Of a stretch of 64,000 nt of DNA, positions 1 to 10,455 are shown in pieces (the first letter of the stretch is position 1; each line of letters starts with the position of its first letter). Where the stretch lies: positions 36,461 through 100,460 of the forward strand of contig CAVTNR010000019.1 in assembly GCA_963736115.1 (NCBI GenBank), read 5' to 3'. This DNA comes from an uncultured bacterium (GTDB lineage Bacteria > Zhuqueibacterota > QNDG01 > DTFT01). The position numbers and the translations under genes were made by a program. The notes below the pieces were generated by a model that had not been told where the DNA came from, made no database searches, and saw only the letters and a program-made list of their open reading frames with translations.

Positions 1-828
<828 letters not shown>

Positions 829-858
829 TCCGTTCGGTCTGAAGGCGCCGGGGTTCAC

Positions 859-893
859 GTGCGACGCACCTTCAGGTGCGTCGCACCTTTTTT
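859..893 (+). terminator. Palindromic hairpin plus T-tract after the acyl-CoA dehydrogenase; member of the GTGC..ACCTTC repeat family
   Basis: GTGCGACGCACC-TTCA-GGTGCGTCGCAC followed by CTTTTTT. Confidence 0.7.
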
Positions 894-1091
894 ATCATGC
901 GGATCCGATTGCCGGCGCGGTCACGAACGGAGTTCAGTCCGGCGTATGAGACAGCCGTTTATTCCTGTTGCCTTTGCCGCCTCTGTTTATTATATTTTTG
1001 GAAAATGCGGGGTTCCGGGCCGGACCGGCGCCGGGAATCCCGGAACGGTTTCCAGTCCGGCACTCCATTATCCTTCGAACGGAAACGACAC

Positions 1092-2657
1092 TTGAAAAAG
1101 AAATCCATTCTTCTCATCCTTGTTCCTGTTCTGCTGCACGGCCAATCCGCGAACCTCCCGTTGGGCCACTGGGCGTACGGATTCATCGAGCGCATGGAGG
1201 CGAAGGGCCTGGTCTCGGATTTTCACGCCGGCACCCGGCCCTACAGCCGAAGCCGGGCGGCCGCGATTGCGGTCGAACTCTCCAGTGCCGCGGCCGCGGA
1301 TCCCGGTGTGTTGTCGTCCACGGAAGAGGCTTACCTCGAGCGGTTGAAGGGGGAACTTGCGGACGAGCTCTCGGGGACCGGCGTCAGGATCGAGGCATCC
1401 GAGCGGGAGCCGCATCTGGCTTCGTGGCACTGGGAAGATTCCCGCCTCCATCTCGACGCTCTGGCCGGCGGCGGCGTGTGGCTCCGGTCCGGCGGCGCGG
1501 CCGAGGCCGAGCGGCGTGTGGTTCAGCCGTATTACGGCGCGGCCGCCAGGGGCCGGATCGGGGGCGTCGCATTCTATTCCGACAACCGCATCTTCGCGGA
1601 ATGGGGGAGCGGACAGTACGGGCAGAATTACGACGCTTCGCTCGGGTATCCCAGGAACGCGGAACTGGATTCGAGCCGGGCCACCTGGGACAAATCGGAA
1701 AGTTATTTCACTCTCGGGATAAGGGGCATCGGATTCGAATACGGAAGGGGCAATACCGCCTGGGGTCCGTGCCCGGACGGCGGACTCATGTTCTCCGGCC
1801 TGGCGCCGGCCATGGACATGCTCCGGCTCACATACGACGCGGGTCCGGTGTTCCTCACGTGGTTCCACGGACAGGTCCGCGGCCAGCCGGACCGCAAATG
1901 GGTATCCGGTCACCGCGTCGAGTTTTCGCCGTTCCGGGGCGCGTCCTTCGGCCTGCATGACGCCGTGGTGTACGCGGACCGCGGGCTCGAGCCCGCTTAT
2001 CTCAATCCGGTCATGCCCTTCGTGTTTTCCCAGCATTCCCTGGGCGACCGCGACAATGTGGTTTTCGGCCTGGACGCGGCCTATAGCCGGATCCGCGGCC
2101 TGAAGCTGTACGGTGAAATGCTCGTGGATGATTTCACCTCGCCGTGGGGTCTGTTTTCCGACACCTGGTCGAACAAGATCGCGTTCACGGCAGGCGGCCT
2201 GTGGGCGGATCCGGCCGGTGTGCGGGACAGCCAGCTCAGGCTGGAATACACGCGCATCGATCCATTCGTCTACACCCATCGTTTTCCGTCCAACGTGTTC
2301 GAGAATTACGACAGCGGCCTGGGTTCGGACCTTCAGCCGAATTCCGACCGTCTGAAGCTCCGATGGGAGCACTGGTTCGGCATTTGCGTGCGGGCCGGAG
2401 CGTCCGGGCGTATCGAGCGGCACGGGAACGGCGATCGACGGACATCGCATACCGAAGCGGACGGGGACGTGAAGCGGTTTCTGAAGGGCACGGTGGAGCG
2501 CAAGGCCGCGGCATCCGTCCATATGGAGTTGGAGCCGATGCGCGATATGGTGTTCCGGCTCGAGGCCGGGAAGGTCGGCGTATGGAACCGCGGACTTGCC
2601 GAAGGTTCCGACGCATCCTGGAACGAACTGGTCCTGCGGGCGGCCTGGAATTGGTGA
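1092..2657 (+). CDS. Capsule assembly Wzi family outer-membrane beta-barrel protein
   Basis: TTG start with signal peptide. N-terminal HWAY..IERM..G..RPYSR helical part, then GRGNTAWGP, GHRVE, YLNPV, DRDN, YGEMLVDD, EYTRIDPFVY and a C-terminal aromatic residue. Confidence 0.8.
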   Translation: MKKKSILLILVPVLLHGQSANLPLGHWAYGFIERMEAKGLVSDFHAGTRPYSRSRAAAIAVELSSAAAADPGVLSSTEEAYLERLKGELADELSGTGVRIEASEREPHLASWHWEDSRLHLDALAGGGVWLRSGGAAEAERRVVQPYYGAAARGRIGGVAFYSDNRIFAEWGSGQYGQNYDASLGYPRNAELDSSRATWDKSESYFTLGIRGIGFEYGRGNTAWGPCPDGGLMFSGLAPAMDMLRLTYDAGPVFLTWFHGQVRGQPDRKWVSGHRVEFSPFRGASFGLHDAVVYADRGLEPAYLNPVMPFVFSQHSLGDRDNVVFGLDAAYSRIRGLKLYGEMLVDDFTSPWGLFSDTWSNKIAFTAGGLWADPAGVRDSQLRLEYTRIDPFVYTHRFPSNVFENYDSGLGSDLQPNSDRLKLRWEHWFGICVRAGASGRIERHGNGDRRTSHTEADGDVKRFLKGTVERKAAASVHMELEPMRDMVFRLEAGKVGVWNRGLAEGSDASWNELVLRAAWNW

Positions 2658-2726
2658 TCGCGGATCTGCGGCGCCGAAGCCGTACGTCGTACGATCACTG
2701 GGGATCCGGATAAGGACAACCCATCG

Positions 2727-3455
2727 ATGCGGATTTCACCCCACATCCACGCTGTGACCGGTCTGGGCTTTATTCCTCCCTGGTCGGTGAACGCGGGATT
2801 CATCGTGGGAGCGGAACGGACCCTGGTTGTGGACACCGGGCCCTCCGCCAACGCGGCCCGGACCATACTGGGGTATGCCCGGGCAGTCCGTCCGTCGAAC
2901 ACCCTCCTCGCGGTCAATACGGAACGCCATACGGATCACATGCTCGGCAACGGTTTCTTCCGGGCAAACGGGATAGACGTGTACGGCCATCCTGCCATAC
3001 ACCGGACGGCCGCGGACCTCGCCGCGGAAATCGAGGAGCTGAACCGCTGCATACCCCAGCCATTCCGCAGGGAGAGAGGCGAGGCGGCCGTGTTCTTCAA
3101 CGGCACGACCGTCGAGAATCCGAACCGGCCCGTCGAAGCGGAAACGCTTCTGGATCTCGGCGCCTGTGAGGCGCGGCTCATCCCCACGCCCGGGCATACA
3201 GCCTCGAATCTGTCGGTGTTCTGTCCGGCGGACGGCGTCCTTTTCTCGGGCGACTGTGTGGTCGCGGGTTACGCCCCGAACCTGGACGATCCCGGAATGG
3301 ACCGGCAGGCCTGGCTGGATTCACTGAACCTTCTGTCCGCGCTCCATGCGGCCGTGTTGATACCCGGCCACGGCGATGTCCTGACCGGAGACGCGGTGCT
3401 GGAGGGCATTGACCGGATGAAGAGGGAGATCGACGATCGTCTGAACCGGTCGTAA
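2727..3455 (+). CDS. MBL-fold metallo-hydrolase
   Basis: VVDTG, TERHTDH (variant of THxHxDH), TPGHT, LFSGD and IPGHG motifs. Confidence 0.9.
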   Translation: MRISPHIHAVTGLGFIPPWSVNAGFIVGAERTLVVDTGPSANAARTILGYARAVRPSNTLLAVNTERHTDHMLGNGFFRANGIDVYGHPAIHRTAADLAAEIEELNRCIPQPFRRERGEAAVFFNGTTVENPNRPVEAETLLDLGACEARLIPTPGHTASNLSVFCPADGVLFSGDCVVAGYAPNLDDPGMDRQAWLDSLNLLSALHAAVLIPGHGDVLTGDAVLEGIDRMKREIDDRLNRS

Positions 3456-3509
3456 GCGCCGGACACCTTCAAGTTGCCTGGCACCTGCGCCTGGCGTTTA
3501 AAAATTCCC

Positions 3510-3538
3510 TTGAGATCACATCGATTCCTTCGTACATT
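3510..3538 (+). promoter_or_regulatory. Putative sigma70 promoter for ndk
   Basis: TTGAGA-N17-TACATT about 45 nt upstream of the ATG. Confidence 0.45.
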
Positions 3539-3584
3539 GTGGCCGTTGATTTGAAATTATCCGGATCATTGAAAGGAACAAGGA

Positions 3585-4319
3585 ATGCAGGAGAAAGAGC
3601 TGGAGCAGACACTGGTGCTCATCAAGCCCGACGCATTGAAGAACTCTTTGACCGGATACGTGCTTTCGCAATTGTCCGAGTTCCACACCGGCCTGCGCTT
3701 CGCGGGAGCGAAAATCGTGCAGGTGAGCAAAATGCTCGCTGAGGAGCATTATGCCGAGCACCGCGGCAAGTTGTTCTTCCCCGCGCTCCTTGAATACCTC
3801 ACGGGATGCGTCCACTACCCGGATGCGCCGGCCCTCAGGCGCGTCGTCGCGTTCGTGTATCAGGGGCCGGGCGCGATCCAGAAGATCCGGGACCTCGCGG
3901 GCCCGACCAATCCGCACGTCGCGCGCGAGAAGAAACCCGGGTGCGTCCGGGCGCTGGGCACCCTGGTACCCCTCAAGTCCACGGACGGACAGACCATCGG
4001 CGAGCGCATGGACAACCTGATCCACGCCTCGGCAACGGCGCCCGAGGCCGAGCGGGAGATCAAGCTGTGGTTCAAGCCCAACGACATACCGCCGCCCATG
4101 CGTGAATACAAGTCCGTACAGTGTGATGAGCATTTCTATTTCAGGGACGGCCGACTGTACCGGAAACACGAAACGGGTTCCGTCTGCCTGCTCGCGCCCG
4201 GAGACGCGGTGTGGACCTCGGATCTGGAGGCACTGCACAAAATCGCCGAAGGCCGTGAGGCGCACTGCACACTGCAGGCCGTTGCCGCGAAGTATCTCAT
4301 CAATGAGACGAGGGAATAG
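3585..4319 (+). CDS. ndk: Nucleoside-diphosphate kinase with insertions and a C-terminal extension
   Basis: EQTLVLIKPDA, AEEHYAEH.GK.FF, GPTNP and NLIHAS (catalytic His), then EREIKLWF. About 80 extra C-terminal residues. Confidence 0.9.
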   Translation: MQEKELEQTLVLIKPDALKNSLTGYVLSQLSEFHTGLRFAGAKIVQVSKMLAEEHYAEHRGKLFFPALLEYLTGCVHYPDAPALRRVVAFVYQGPGAIQKIRDLAGPTNPHVAREKKPGCVRALGTLVPLKSTDGQTIGERMDNLIHASATAPEAEREIKLWFKPNDIPPPMREYKSVQCDEHFYFRDGRLYRKHETGSVCLLAPGDAVWTSDLEALHKIAEGREAHCTLQAVAAKYLINETRE

Positions 4320-4325
4320 AATAAC

Positions 4326-4461
4326 AGTTCATGGTTCATAGTTCATAGTTCATAAAAAAAGCTTCCGGGAATCTGAAATATCCGGGAGCTTTTTCTGTTT
4401 TTCTTATGAACCATGAACTATGAACTATGAAATATGAACTATGAACTATGAACTATGAACT
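4326..4461. repeat. Inverted heptamer tandem arrays (AGTTCAT)4 ... (ATGAACT)8 around a bidirectional terminator
   Basis: Read directly: left array 4326-4353, hairpin AAAAAAAGCTTCCGGGA..TCCGGGAGCTTTTT at 4354-4394, right array 4406-4461. Confidence 0.9.
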
Positions 4462-4468
4462 TCTCTCC

Positions 4469-4939
4469 TCACCTCCCCGCAATCCTTTCCGCAGCCTGCT
4501 CGAGATGCATTTTCTGATGAGAAACGTACGCGGGGATCAGTTCCCTGAGCGTCACCGGAGATTCCGAGCCTTCGGTCCATGCGTGATTCAGGGCATCCGG
4601 CCGCACCCGTCGGAGCAAACGCACGATGTGCAGGTTCAATGCGGACCACAGGTCAATGAGACGGATCCAGTCCCCGTCCCGGTACCCTTGAATCGCCACC
4701 CATTCCTCATTGTGCCGGGTGTAGTCCGGAAAAGACAGTTCTTTGGCATATTGAAGGCGGACGAAGCGCTGGATGTTGTTCCCAGCCGAGTCCGTGAGAT
4801 GGCCGATGATTTCCTTGACGGACCACCGTTCCTCGCTCTCCTTCGCGGAGACGCCGCTATCGGGCCATCCGTACAGGACCGGCCGCCAATGACCGACCAG
4901 TTCCTCGAGTTCATCCGCGGTTTTCAGCACGTTGTCCAT
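4469..4939 (-). CDS. DinB family protein
   Basis: WSVKEIIGHLTDSAGNNIQRF and Y..H.K.HL.Q motifs. Start refined to the ATG at 4939, preceded by GGAGG. Confidence 0.85.
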   Translation of the reverse strand: MDNVLKTADELEELVGHWRPVLYGWPDSGVSAKESEERWSVKEIIGHLTDSAGNNIQRFVRLQYAKELSFPDYTRHNEEWVAIQGYRDGDWIRLIDLWSALNLHIVRLLRRVRPDALNHAWTEGSESPVTLRELIPAYVSHQKMHLEQAAERIAGR

Positions 4940-4970
4940 TTTTACGCGAATCCTCCGATGATCGGACGCA

Positions 4971-5321
4971 TCACGGCCTGAGCAGTAGGTCCGCAACGAG
5001 GGCCGCGAACAACAGACCGAATCCCAGGCCGGCCATCCAGAATATGGCTTTCTGCCGCGCCGCCATGATCCGGACCGTCAACGTGAGGGCCTCCACCTGT
5101 TCAGCGAGTTGTTTGACCAGTTCCGCGTCCCTGCGGTCATGCGCCTCCAGCGCGGAAATCCGTTCCCGGAGCGAGGCGGTCTCATCCGAGGCCGATCCGT
5201 CCTTCCGGCCGCGCGTCGTACCCAGGAGAAGCGCTTCCGCCATCTGGACCAGCAGGGGCGCGCGCTTGAGCAGAGCCGGCCAGGGGATGGACACGAGCGT
5301 TTTGAACAGGGGAAGAGACAT
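4971..5321 (-). CDS. Hypothetical protein with coiled coil and C-terminal TM helix
   Basis: GGAGG RBS before the ATG at 5321. IPW..LLK.AP N-terminus, heptad region and hydrophobic C-terminus. Confidence 0.7.
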   Translation of the reverse strand: MSLPLFKTLVSIPWPALLKRAPLLVQMAEALLLGTTRGRKDGSASDETASLRERISALEAHDRRDAELVKQLAEQVEALTLTVRIMAARQKAIFWMAGLGFGLLFAALVADLLLRP

Positions 5322-5370
5322 TGAAATCAAACCTCCATGCGGGGCGGCCGTTCTTTTAGGCCCGACGCAT

Positions 5371-5420
5371 TGTCCGAAAGCCTCGCCCCGCAAAGCGGGG
5401 CTCGGCATTTCGGATCTGCA
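5371..5420 (-). repeat. Dispersed REP of the RAYT-associated family
   Basis: TGTCCGAAAGCCTCGC..GCTCGGCATTTCGGA matches the copies at 20890-22707. Confidence 0.9.
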
Positions 5421-5478
5421 TTCCTTAACGGTTGCATTGTCCTGTAATCCGCCGCTCCCGGGATAAGGGCGTCCGGGC

Positions 5479-6978
5479 TCAGCGCCGTCTGCTACGGCCG
5501 TCGCGCCTTCCGTCTCGGCTGTCCCTCCGGGGTCCCCGTCCGGCCGGCTTCACTTCTGTCTGGTATGACTTTTCCGCGGCCGGTGTATCCGACGGACGCG
5601 GAACGGGCGCATGGAGCAGCTGCTGATAATAATCGTCGAGCAGCATGGCGACCACCGCCGATTCCTCCTCGTTCTCGGCCAGGCTGCGGGCGAGCGGCAC
5701 GAAACGCAGGCTGCGTTCCGCCTGCAGTTTGTCCCGGTCGCGAAGCCGCGCCTCGAGCAGGGCCGTCAGCCGCTCGGCCACGATGTTCTCGACGTCCGCG
5801 TCTGTCGGAAGCGGACGCTCATTCATCTCGATGCCGTACCGCTTCGCGATCCGGTCGAGGTCGAACCGCTCGAGCGTCGTGACGAACGAAACGGCCGTGC
5901 CGGCCGCGCCCGCCCGTCCGGTTCTTCCGGAACGGTGGATGTATCCCTCCGGATCCTCAGGCGGCTCGTAATGAATGACGTGCGAGAGGTCCGGGATATC
6001 GAGGCCCCGGGCGGCGACGTCCGTGGCCACCAGGAAGCGGAGCGTACCGCCGCGCACGCGGTCCAGGACGCGTTCGCGGTCGTTCTGCGAGAGGTCGGCG
6101 CTCAGCTCGTCCGCGTCATAGCCGTACCGCTGGAGCAACACGGACACGAAATGGACGCGGGTCTTGGTGTTGCAGAACACGATGGCGGAGGTGGGATTCT
6201 CGATTTCGATGAAACGGACCAGACTGCGCTCCTTGTCCATCGGCGGAACCGTGTAGAATACGTGCTCGGTGTCGGTGACGTGGACGTGGTCGCGGCTCAG
6301 ACTGAGGAATTCGGGCTGGTGCAGGAATTCGGCCGCGGTGTGGATCACGTCCGAAGGGAAAGTGGCCGAGAACATGCAGGTGTGCACGGGCCGGTTCGGA
6401 AGGTGGCTCTGCACCTTCCGCATGTCCGGGTAGAAACCCATGGACAGCATGCGGTCGGCTTCGTCGAAAACCAGCATTTCCAGACGGTCCAGGGAGAAGG
6501 TCCGTCGGAGCAGGTGGTCGAGCACCCGGCCCGGGGTTCCGACCACGATATGCGCGCCTTTCTTCAGAGCGTCCGTCTGACTGCCGTACCCGACACCGCC
6601 GTACACGGCCACTGACCTAAGGCCCGCGGGCACGCACAGGGTCTCGGTTTCCCGGAACACCTGGACGGCCAGCTCGCGCGTGGGAACCATAATCAGGGCC
6701 TGGCAGCGGTCCTTGGAGGCGTCGAGCCGCTCGAGCATGGGAAGCAGAAAGGCGCCGGTCTTGCCGCTGCCGGTGCGTGCCTGTATCATCATGTCCTTCC
6801 GGGCCAGGAGATAGGGGATGCCTCGGGCCTGCACGGGCATGAGGGTGGTCCATCCCGCGCGGCTCGCCGCTTCCCGGAGCAGGCTGGGAAGGGTTTCCAC
6901 TGTCAGCTCAGGCAGGGATTCGGACGGTTCCATGCCTGTTGTTTGAGTCGTTTCGTTCAATGAATCCTCTCTTGTCAT
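5479..6978 (-). CDS. DEAD-box RNA helicase
   Basis: Q motif, ARTGSGKT, PTRELA, TPGR, DEAD, SAT, ARGLD and HRSGRTGRAG, plus a basic tail. Start uncertain (6978 or 6933). Confidence 0.95.
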   Translation of the reverse strand: MTREDSLNETTQTTGMEPSESLPELTVETLPSLLREAASRAGWTTLMPVQARGIPYLLARKDMMIQARTGSGKTGAFLLPMLERLDASKDRCQALIMVPTRELAVQVFRETETLCVPAGLRSVAVYGGVGYGSQTDALKKGAHIVVGTPGRVLDHLLRRTFSLDRLEMLVFDEADRMLSMGFYPDMRKVQSHLPNRPVHTCMFSATFPSDVIHTAAEFLHQPEFLSLSRDHVHVTDTEHVFYTVPPMDKERSLVRFIEIENPTSAIVFCNTKTRVHFVSVLLQRYGYDADELSADLSQNDRERVLDRVRGGTLRFLVATDVAARGLDIPDLSHVIHYEPPEDPEGYIHRSGRTGRAGAAGTAVSFVTTLERFDLDRIAKRYGIEMNERPLPTDADVENIVAERLTALLEARLRDRDKLQAERSLRFVPLARSLAENEEESAVVAMLLDDYYQQLLHAPVPRPSDTPAAEKSYQTEVKPAGRGPRRDSRDGRRDGRSRRR

Positions 6979-7163
6979 TGTATCGGGTTCGGCCTGCCGG
7001 GGCTCAACGGCCCAGTCAGAATTGTCGCCTATCTGGACAATATAAAGAAAGCACGATGAAAGGTCAAATGAATATTCAATTTGCAGCGATATAGAGAGGG
7101 CCGGAGACAAGGCCTGCGGATTATGAAGATTTCGTCATAGATGTAAAATGAGTTTCGGTCATG

Positions 7164-7192
7164 TTGACTTTTCAGGCAGGATATATTATATT
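7164..7192 (+). promoter_or_regulatory. Putative sigma70 promoter for the pilin gene
   Basis: TTGACT-N17-TATATT. Confidence 0.55.
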
Positions 7193-7262
7193 TTTCACCA
7201 TGCAATACCGGATCGGGCTGGCTACCCGATCCGCAGCACCGGGGAAAAGGAAAGGAATTCAC

Positions 7263-7604
7263 ATGAACCGCTCGATTTCCGAGCGCGGTTTCACCGTGCT
7301 CGAATTGGCCGTTGTCATCACCATTATCGGTGTGATGGCGGCTATCGCTGTGCCCAGGTTTGTGGGTTTGAACGAGAACGCCGAAGCTGCGGCCTGCAGG
7401 CAGAACCAGGGGACGATCGAAAGCGCCTGCGTCATGTACGTTCTGGACGAAGCGAACCCGAATCCCGGGCATTATCCGTCGCAGGTCGGCGACCTGGTGC
7501 CGCGCTACTTCGACGCGGAGCCGGAATGTCCGGCGGCAGGCGGATATGGATACGATCCGGTCATGGGGAACGTTTTCTGCGACGAAGCCGGACACGGCGC
7601 CTGA
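7263..7604 (+). CDS. Type IV pilin / pseudopilin with prepilin cleavage-methylation motif
   Basis: ERG|FTVLELAVVITIIGVMAAIAVP class III signal, AAGGA RBS and C-terminal Cys pair. Confidence 0.9.
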   Translation: MNRSISERGFTVLELAVVITIIGVMAAIAVPRFVGLNENAEAAACRQNQGTIESACVMYVLDEANPNPGHYPSQVGDLVPRYFDAEPECPAAGGYGYDPVMGNVFCDEAGHGA

Positions 7605-7609
7605 ACGAA

Positions 7610-8725
7610 TCAGGGTTCGAAGGGGAAACGGATCTCCGTCAGTTTCAGTTCATCCCGCACTTTCAGAAATTCCCTGCACAGGGGCGCGTCCATGGACACG
7701 CCCTTTTCTTTTCTCTCCAGCCAGGCCAGGTATTCCTTCTCTCCAGCCGTAAAAATGCGGTCCCGGCCCGGGATTTTGGCGGATGCGCGCAACTCCCGCA
7801 GGATGTCCCCCGCGTGCCTTCGGAACGATGCCGGATCCGTGAATGACGCGACATCGACGGCGATGAAGAAATGGCCGAGCCCGAGAGGCGACGGTTCTCC
7901 GTTTTCCGCCGAACCGGAGAGTCCGGACAGAAACGCACCGCCCGCCAGGGCGGAGGAGAGGATTTCCACAACCGTCGCGTACCCGTATCCCTTGTGCCCG
8001 CCCGTGGTTTCCCCTTTGCCGCCCAGCGGCAGGAGTGAGGCGGTTCCCGCATTCAGGTCTTTCAGCAGGGCAGCCGCGTCGTGAACGTCATTTCCACGGC
8101 TGTCCACGGCCCAGCCGTCCGGAACCGGTCGGCCGGTTCTTGCGGCCACCTCGATTTTTCCCCTCTGCGATGCGGATGTGGCGCAATCCAGGATGAAGGG
8201 GAAGTCCTCGTCCGTCGGAATCCCGAACGCGAGCGGATTCGTGCCCAGCATGGGTTCGGATCCGAAAGTCGGCGCCACGGAGGGCCTGGCGTTGGTGCCG
8301 GTGATGCCGATCAGCCCCCCGGAAGCGGCCATGGAGACGTAATACCCCGCGATGCCGTAATGATTGGAGTTCTTCACGACGACCATGCCCATGCCCGTAT
8401 TGCGGGCCATTTCCATGGCCGCGGACATGGCCGTTTTTGAAATCACCTGACCCATCCCGTTATGGCCGTCGATGACCGCGGTCGATGGACCGCGGCGGAC
8501 GAATTCCGGCACCGCACGTGGATCCACCTGTCCTGCGGCGATGCGGTCCACGTAAATGGATTTGAATCGGCTGACGCCGTGCGTGTCAATGCCCTGCTTG
8601 TCCGCTGTGATCAGCACATCGGCCGAGATTGCGGAATCCGCCTCGGACATCCCGAGCCTGCGGAAGGCGTCCGACATGAAGCGTTCGAGCAGTTCAAAGG
8701 GTACGCGGATCTCCTGATCGGACAT
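7610..8725 (-). CDS. Ldh_2 (malate/L-lactate dehydrogenase type 2) family oxidoreductase
   Basis: GIDTHG, DGHNGMG, NSNHYGIAGYY, GTNPLAFGIP, DCATS and LLPLGG..GGHKGYG motifs. Confidence 0.92.
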   Translation of the reverse strand: MSDQEIRVPFELLERFMSDAFRRLGMSEADSAISADVLITADKQGIDTHGVSRFKSIYVDRIAAGQVDPRAVPEFVRRGPSTAVIDGHNGMGQVISKTAMSAAMEMARNTGMGMVVVKNSNHYGIAGYYVSMAASGGLIGITGTNARPSVAPTFGSEPMLGTNPLAFGIPTDEDFPFILDCATSASQRGKIEVAARTGRPVPDGWAVDSRGNDVHDAAALLKDLNAGTASLLPLGGKGETTGGHKGYGYATVVEILSSALAGGAFLSGLSGSAENGEPSPLGLGHFFIAVDVASFTDPASFRRHAGDILRELRASAKIPGRDRIFTAGEKEYLAWLERKEKGVSMDAPLCREFLKVRDELKLTEIRFPFEP

Positions 8726-9180
8726 GGAATCTCCTGCATGGATGGGGTGCGGCTGGTCTTGGATTGCAGCGGCCGGGTTGGCGCCTCGGATTTCGGGCAG
8801 AACCCGGCCCGGAGCGGGCATAAACCGATGTAAATTTAAGGAAAACAATTTTCAATATCAACCGTAAAAGAGAAAAAAGAGTTGGCTTTTGGCGGTTCAT
8901 TAATTAAATTAAAGTTCTTTCGATCGGGCTGTCAGAAGCCCGCTTACCATTAATAAAATAACGCTCATAAGTCGGTTGATGCGGGCTTCTGGCAGCTCCG
9001 ACGAGTCTGATTCACCGCCGCTCGCGGCGCCCGGTATTGAATTTTCCTGTAAACCTCCGCCGTTTGCGGCGGGATCATGTATTTTCCTGAAATCATAAAA
9101 TCCGTCTGATGTGACTCAGAACCACGGGCCGATTTGCGGATACGGTTTCCGATCTCCGGCCTGAATATAAAGGAAGCGCA

Positions 9181-10455
9181 ATGAGTTTTCAGTCTCCCAA
9201 AGGCACCAAGGACGTTCTTCCGGACGAACAGCCGTACTGGGAAAGGGTCGAAACGGCCGCCCGCCGCATCGCCCGGCTGTACGGGTATGAACGGATCGAT
9301 CTCCCGGTTTTCGAGGACACCGGCCTGTACAAGCGGGGCGTGGGCGCGGGCACGGACATCGTGGAAAAGGAAATGTACACGTTCGAGGACAAGGGCGGTT
9401 CGTCCATCACGCTCCGGCCCGAATTCACCGCAGGCGTCATGCGGGCCTATCTCGAGAACGGCCTCGCCAGCTGGCCGAAGCCCGTCAAGGTCTGGTCGAT
9501 CGGCCCGGTTTTCCGCTACGAAAGGCCCCAGGCCGGCCGGTTCCGCCAGCACACCCAGTTCAACGTCGAGGCCATCGGAGAGTCCGACCCGGCCCTCGAT
9601 TTCGAGATCATGTCCGTCGCCTTTCACCTGTACGAGGAACTGGGATTTCGGAACCTGTCCTTTCAGATCAACAGCATCGGATGCCCGAAATGCAGGCCGG
9701 CCTATCTCGAGAAACTGTCCGGTTACTACCGTTCCCGTGAAGCCGGTCTCTGTTCCGATTGCGGCCAGCGGCTTCTCCGGAATCCTCTCCGTCTCCTGGA
9801 CTGCAAGAATCCCGCCTGCCAGGCCGGGATTGCGGCCGCTCCGGCCATATCCGATTCCCTATGCGGCGAATGTGAAGCCCATTTCAGGACGCTCCGTTCC
9901 TTTTTGGACGACCGGAAGCGGCCGTACACGCTCAACCACAGGCTTGTCCGGGGTCTGGATTACTACACCAAGACGGTTTTCGAAGTGTGGGCCGAGGGCA
10001 TCGGATCGCAGAACGCGGTGTGCGGAGGCGGCCGTTACGACGGACTGGCCGAGGCCGTGGGCGGGCCCGCCACTCCCGGCGTCGGGTTCGCTTCCGGCAT
10101 CGAGCGGATCGTGCTCACGCTGAAACAGCAGACCGCCGGTGAAGGGACGCTGGCCAGGCCGAAGCCGGCCGTATATTTCGTCCACTTGGGCGAAGCCGCC
10201 GGCCGTCAGGCCGTGGCCCTGCTCACCGAATGCCGCGCCGCCGGAATTGAAGCGGTCATGGGATTCGGCGAACGGAGCCTCAAGTCCCAGATGCGCGAGG
10301 CGAACACGCGCGGTGCGGCCCGGGTGGCCGTGATCGGCGAATCCGAAATCGCGGGCCGCATCGTGCAGTTGAAATCCATGGAAGACGGCGGACAGGTCGC
10401 CGTGCAGTGGGCGGAACTGATCGCAACACTGAAGGCGAAGGAGGCCGGCCTATGA
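9181..10455 (+). CDS. hisS: Histidine--tRNA ligase
   Basis: PKGTKD, KEMYTF.D, LRPEFTA, FRYERPQAGRFRQ, LVRGLDYYT and GGGRYDGL motifs. Confidence 0.98.
   Translation: MSFQSPKGTKDVLPDEQPYWERVETAARRIARLYGYERIDLPVFEDTGLYKRGVGAGTDIVEKEMYTFEDKGGSSITLRPEFTAGVMRAYLENGLASWPKPVKVWSIGPVFRYERPQAGRFRQHTQFNVEAIGESDPALDFEIMSVAFHLYEELGFRNLSFQINSIGCPKCRPAYLEKLSGYYRSREAGLCSDCGQRLLRNPLRLLDCKNPACQAGIAAAPAISDSLCGECEAHFRTLRSFLDDRKRPYTLNHRLVRGLDYYTKTVFEVWAEGIGSQNAVCGGGRYDGLAEAVGGPATPGVGFASGIERIVLTLKQQTAGEGTLARPKPAVYFVHLGEAAGRQAVALLTECRAAGIEAVMGFGERSLKSQMREANTRGAARVAVIGESEIAGRIVQLKSMEDGGQVAVQWAELIATLKAKEAGL

Noticed and set aside
876-1091. N-terminal extensions given by the ORF track (also 5408, 7110, 8848, 11243, 20932, 42090, 43440, 49837)
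   Set aside because: They run through promoters, repeats or neighbouring genes; downstream starts fit RBS, signal-peptide or family boundaries better.
1092-2657. Capsule biosynthesis locus
   Set aside because: The Wzi-like gene is isolated, with no wza, wzc or glycosyltransferase genes adjacent.
4326-4461. CRISPR array
   Set aside because: Units are contiguous 7-mers with no unique spacers, and no cas genes are in the window.
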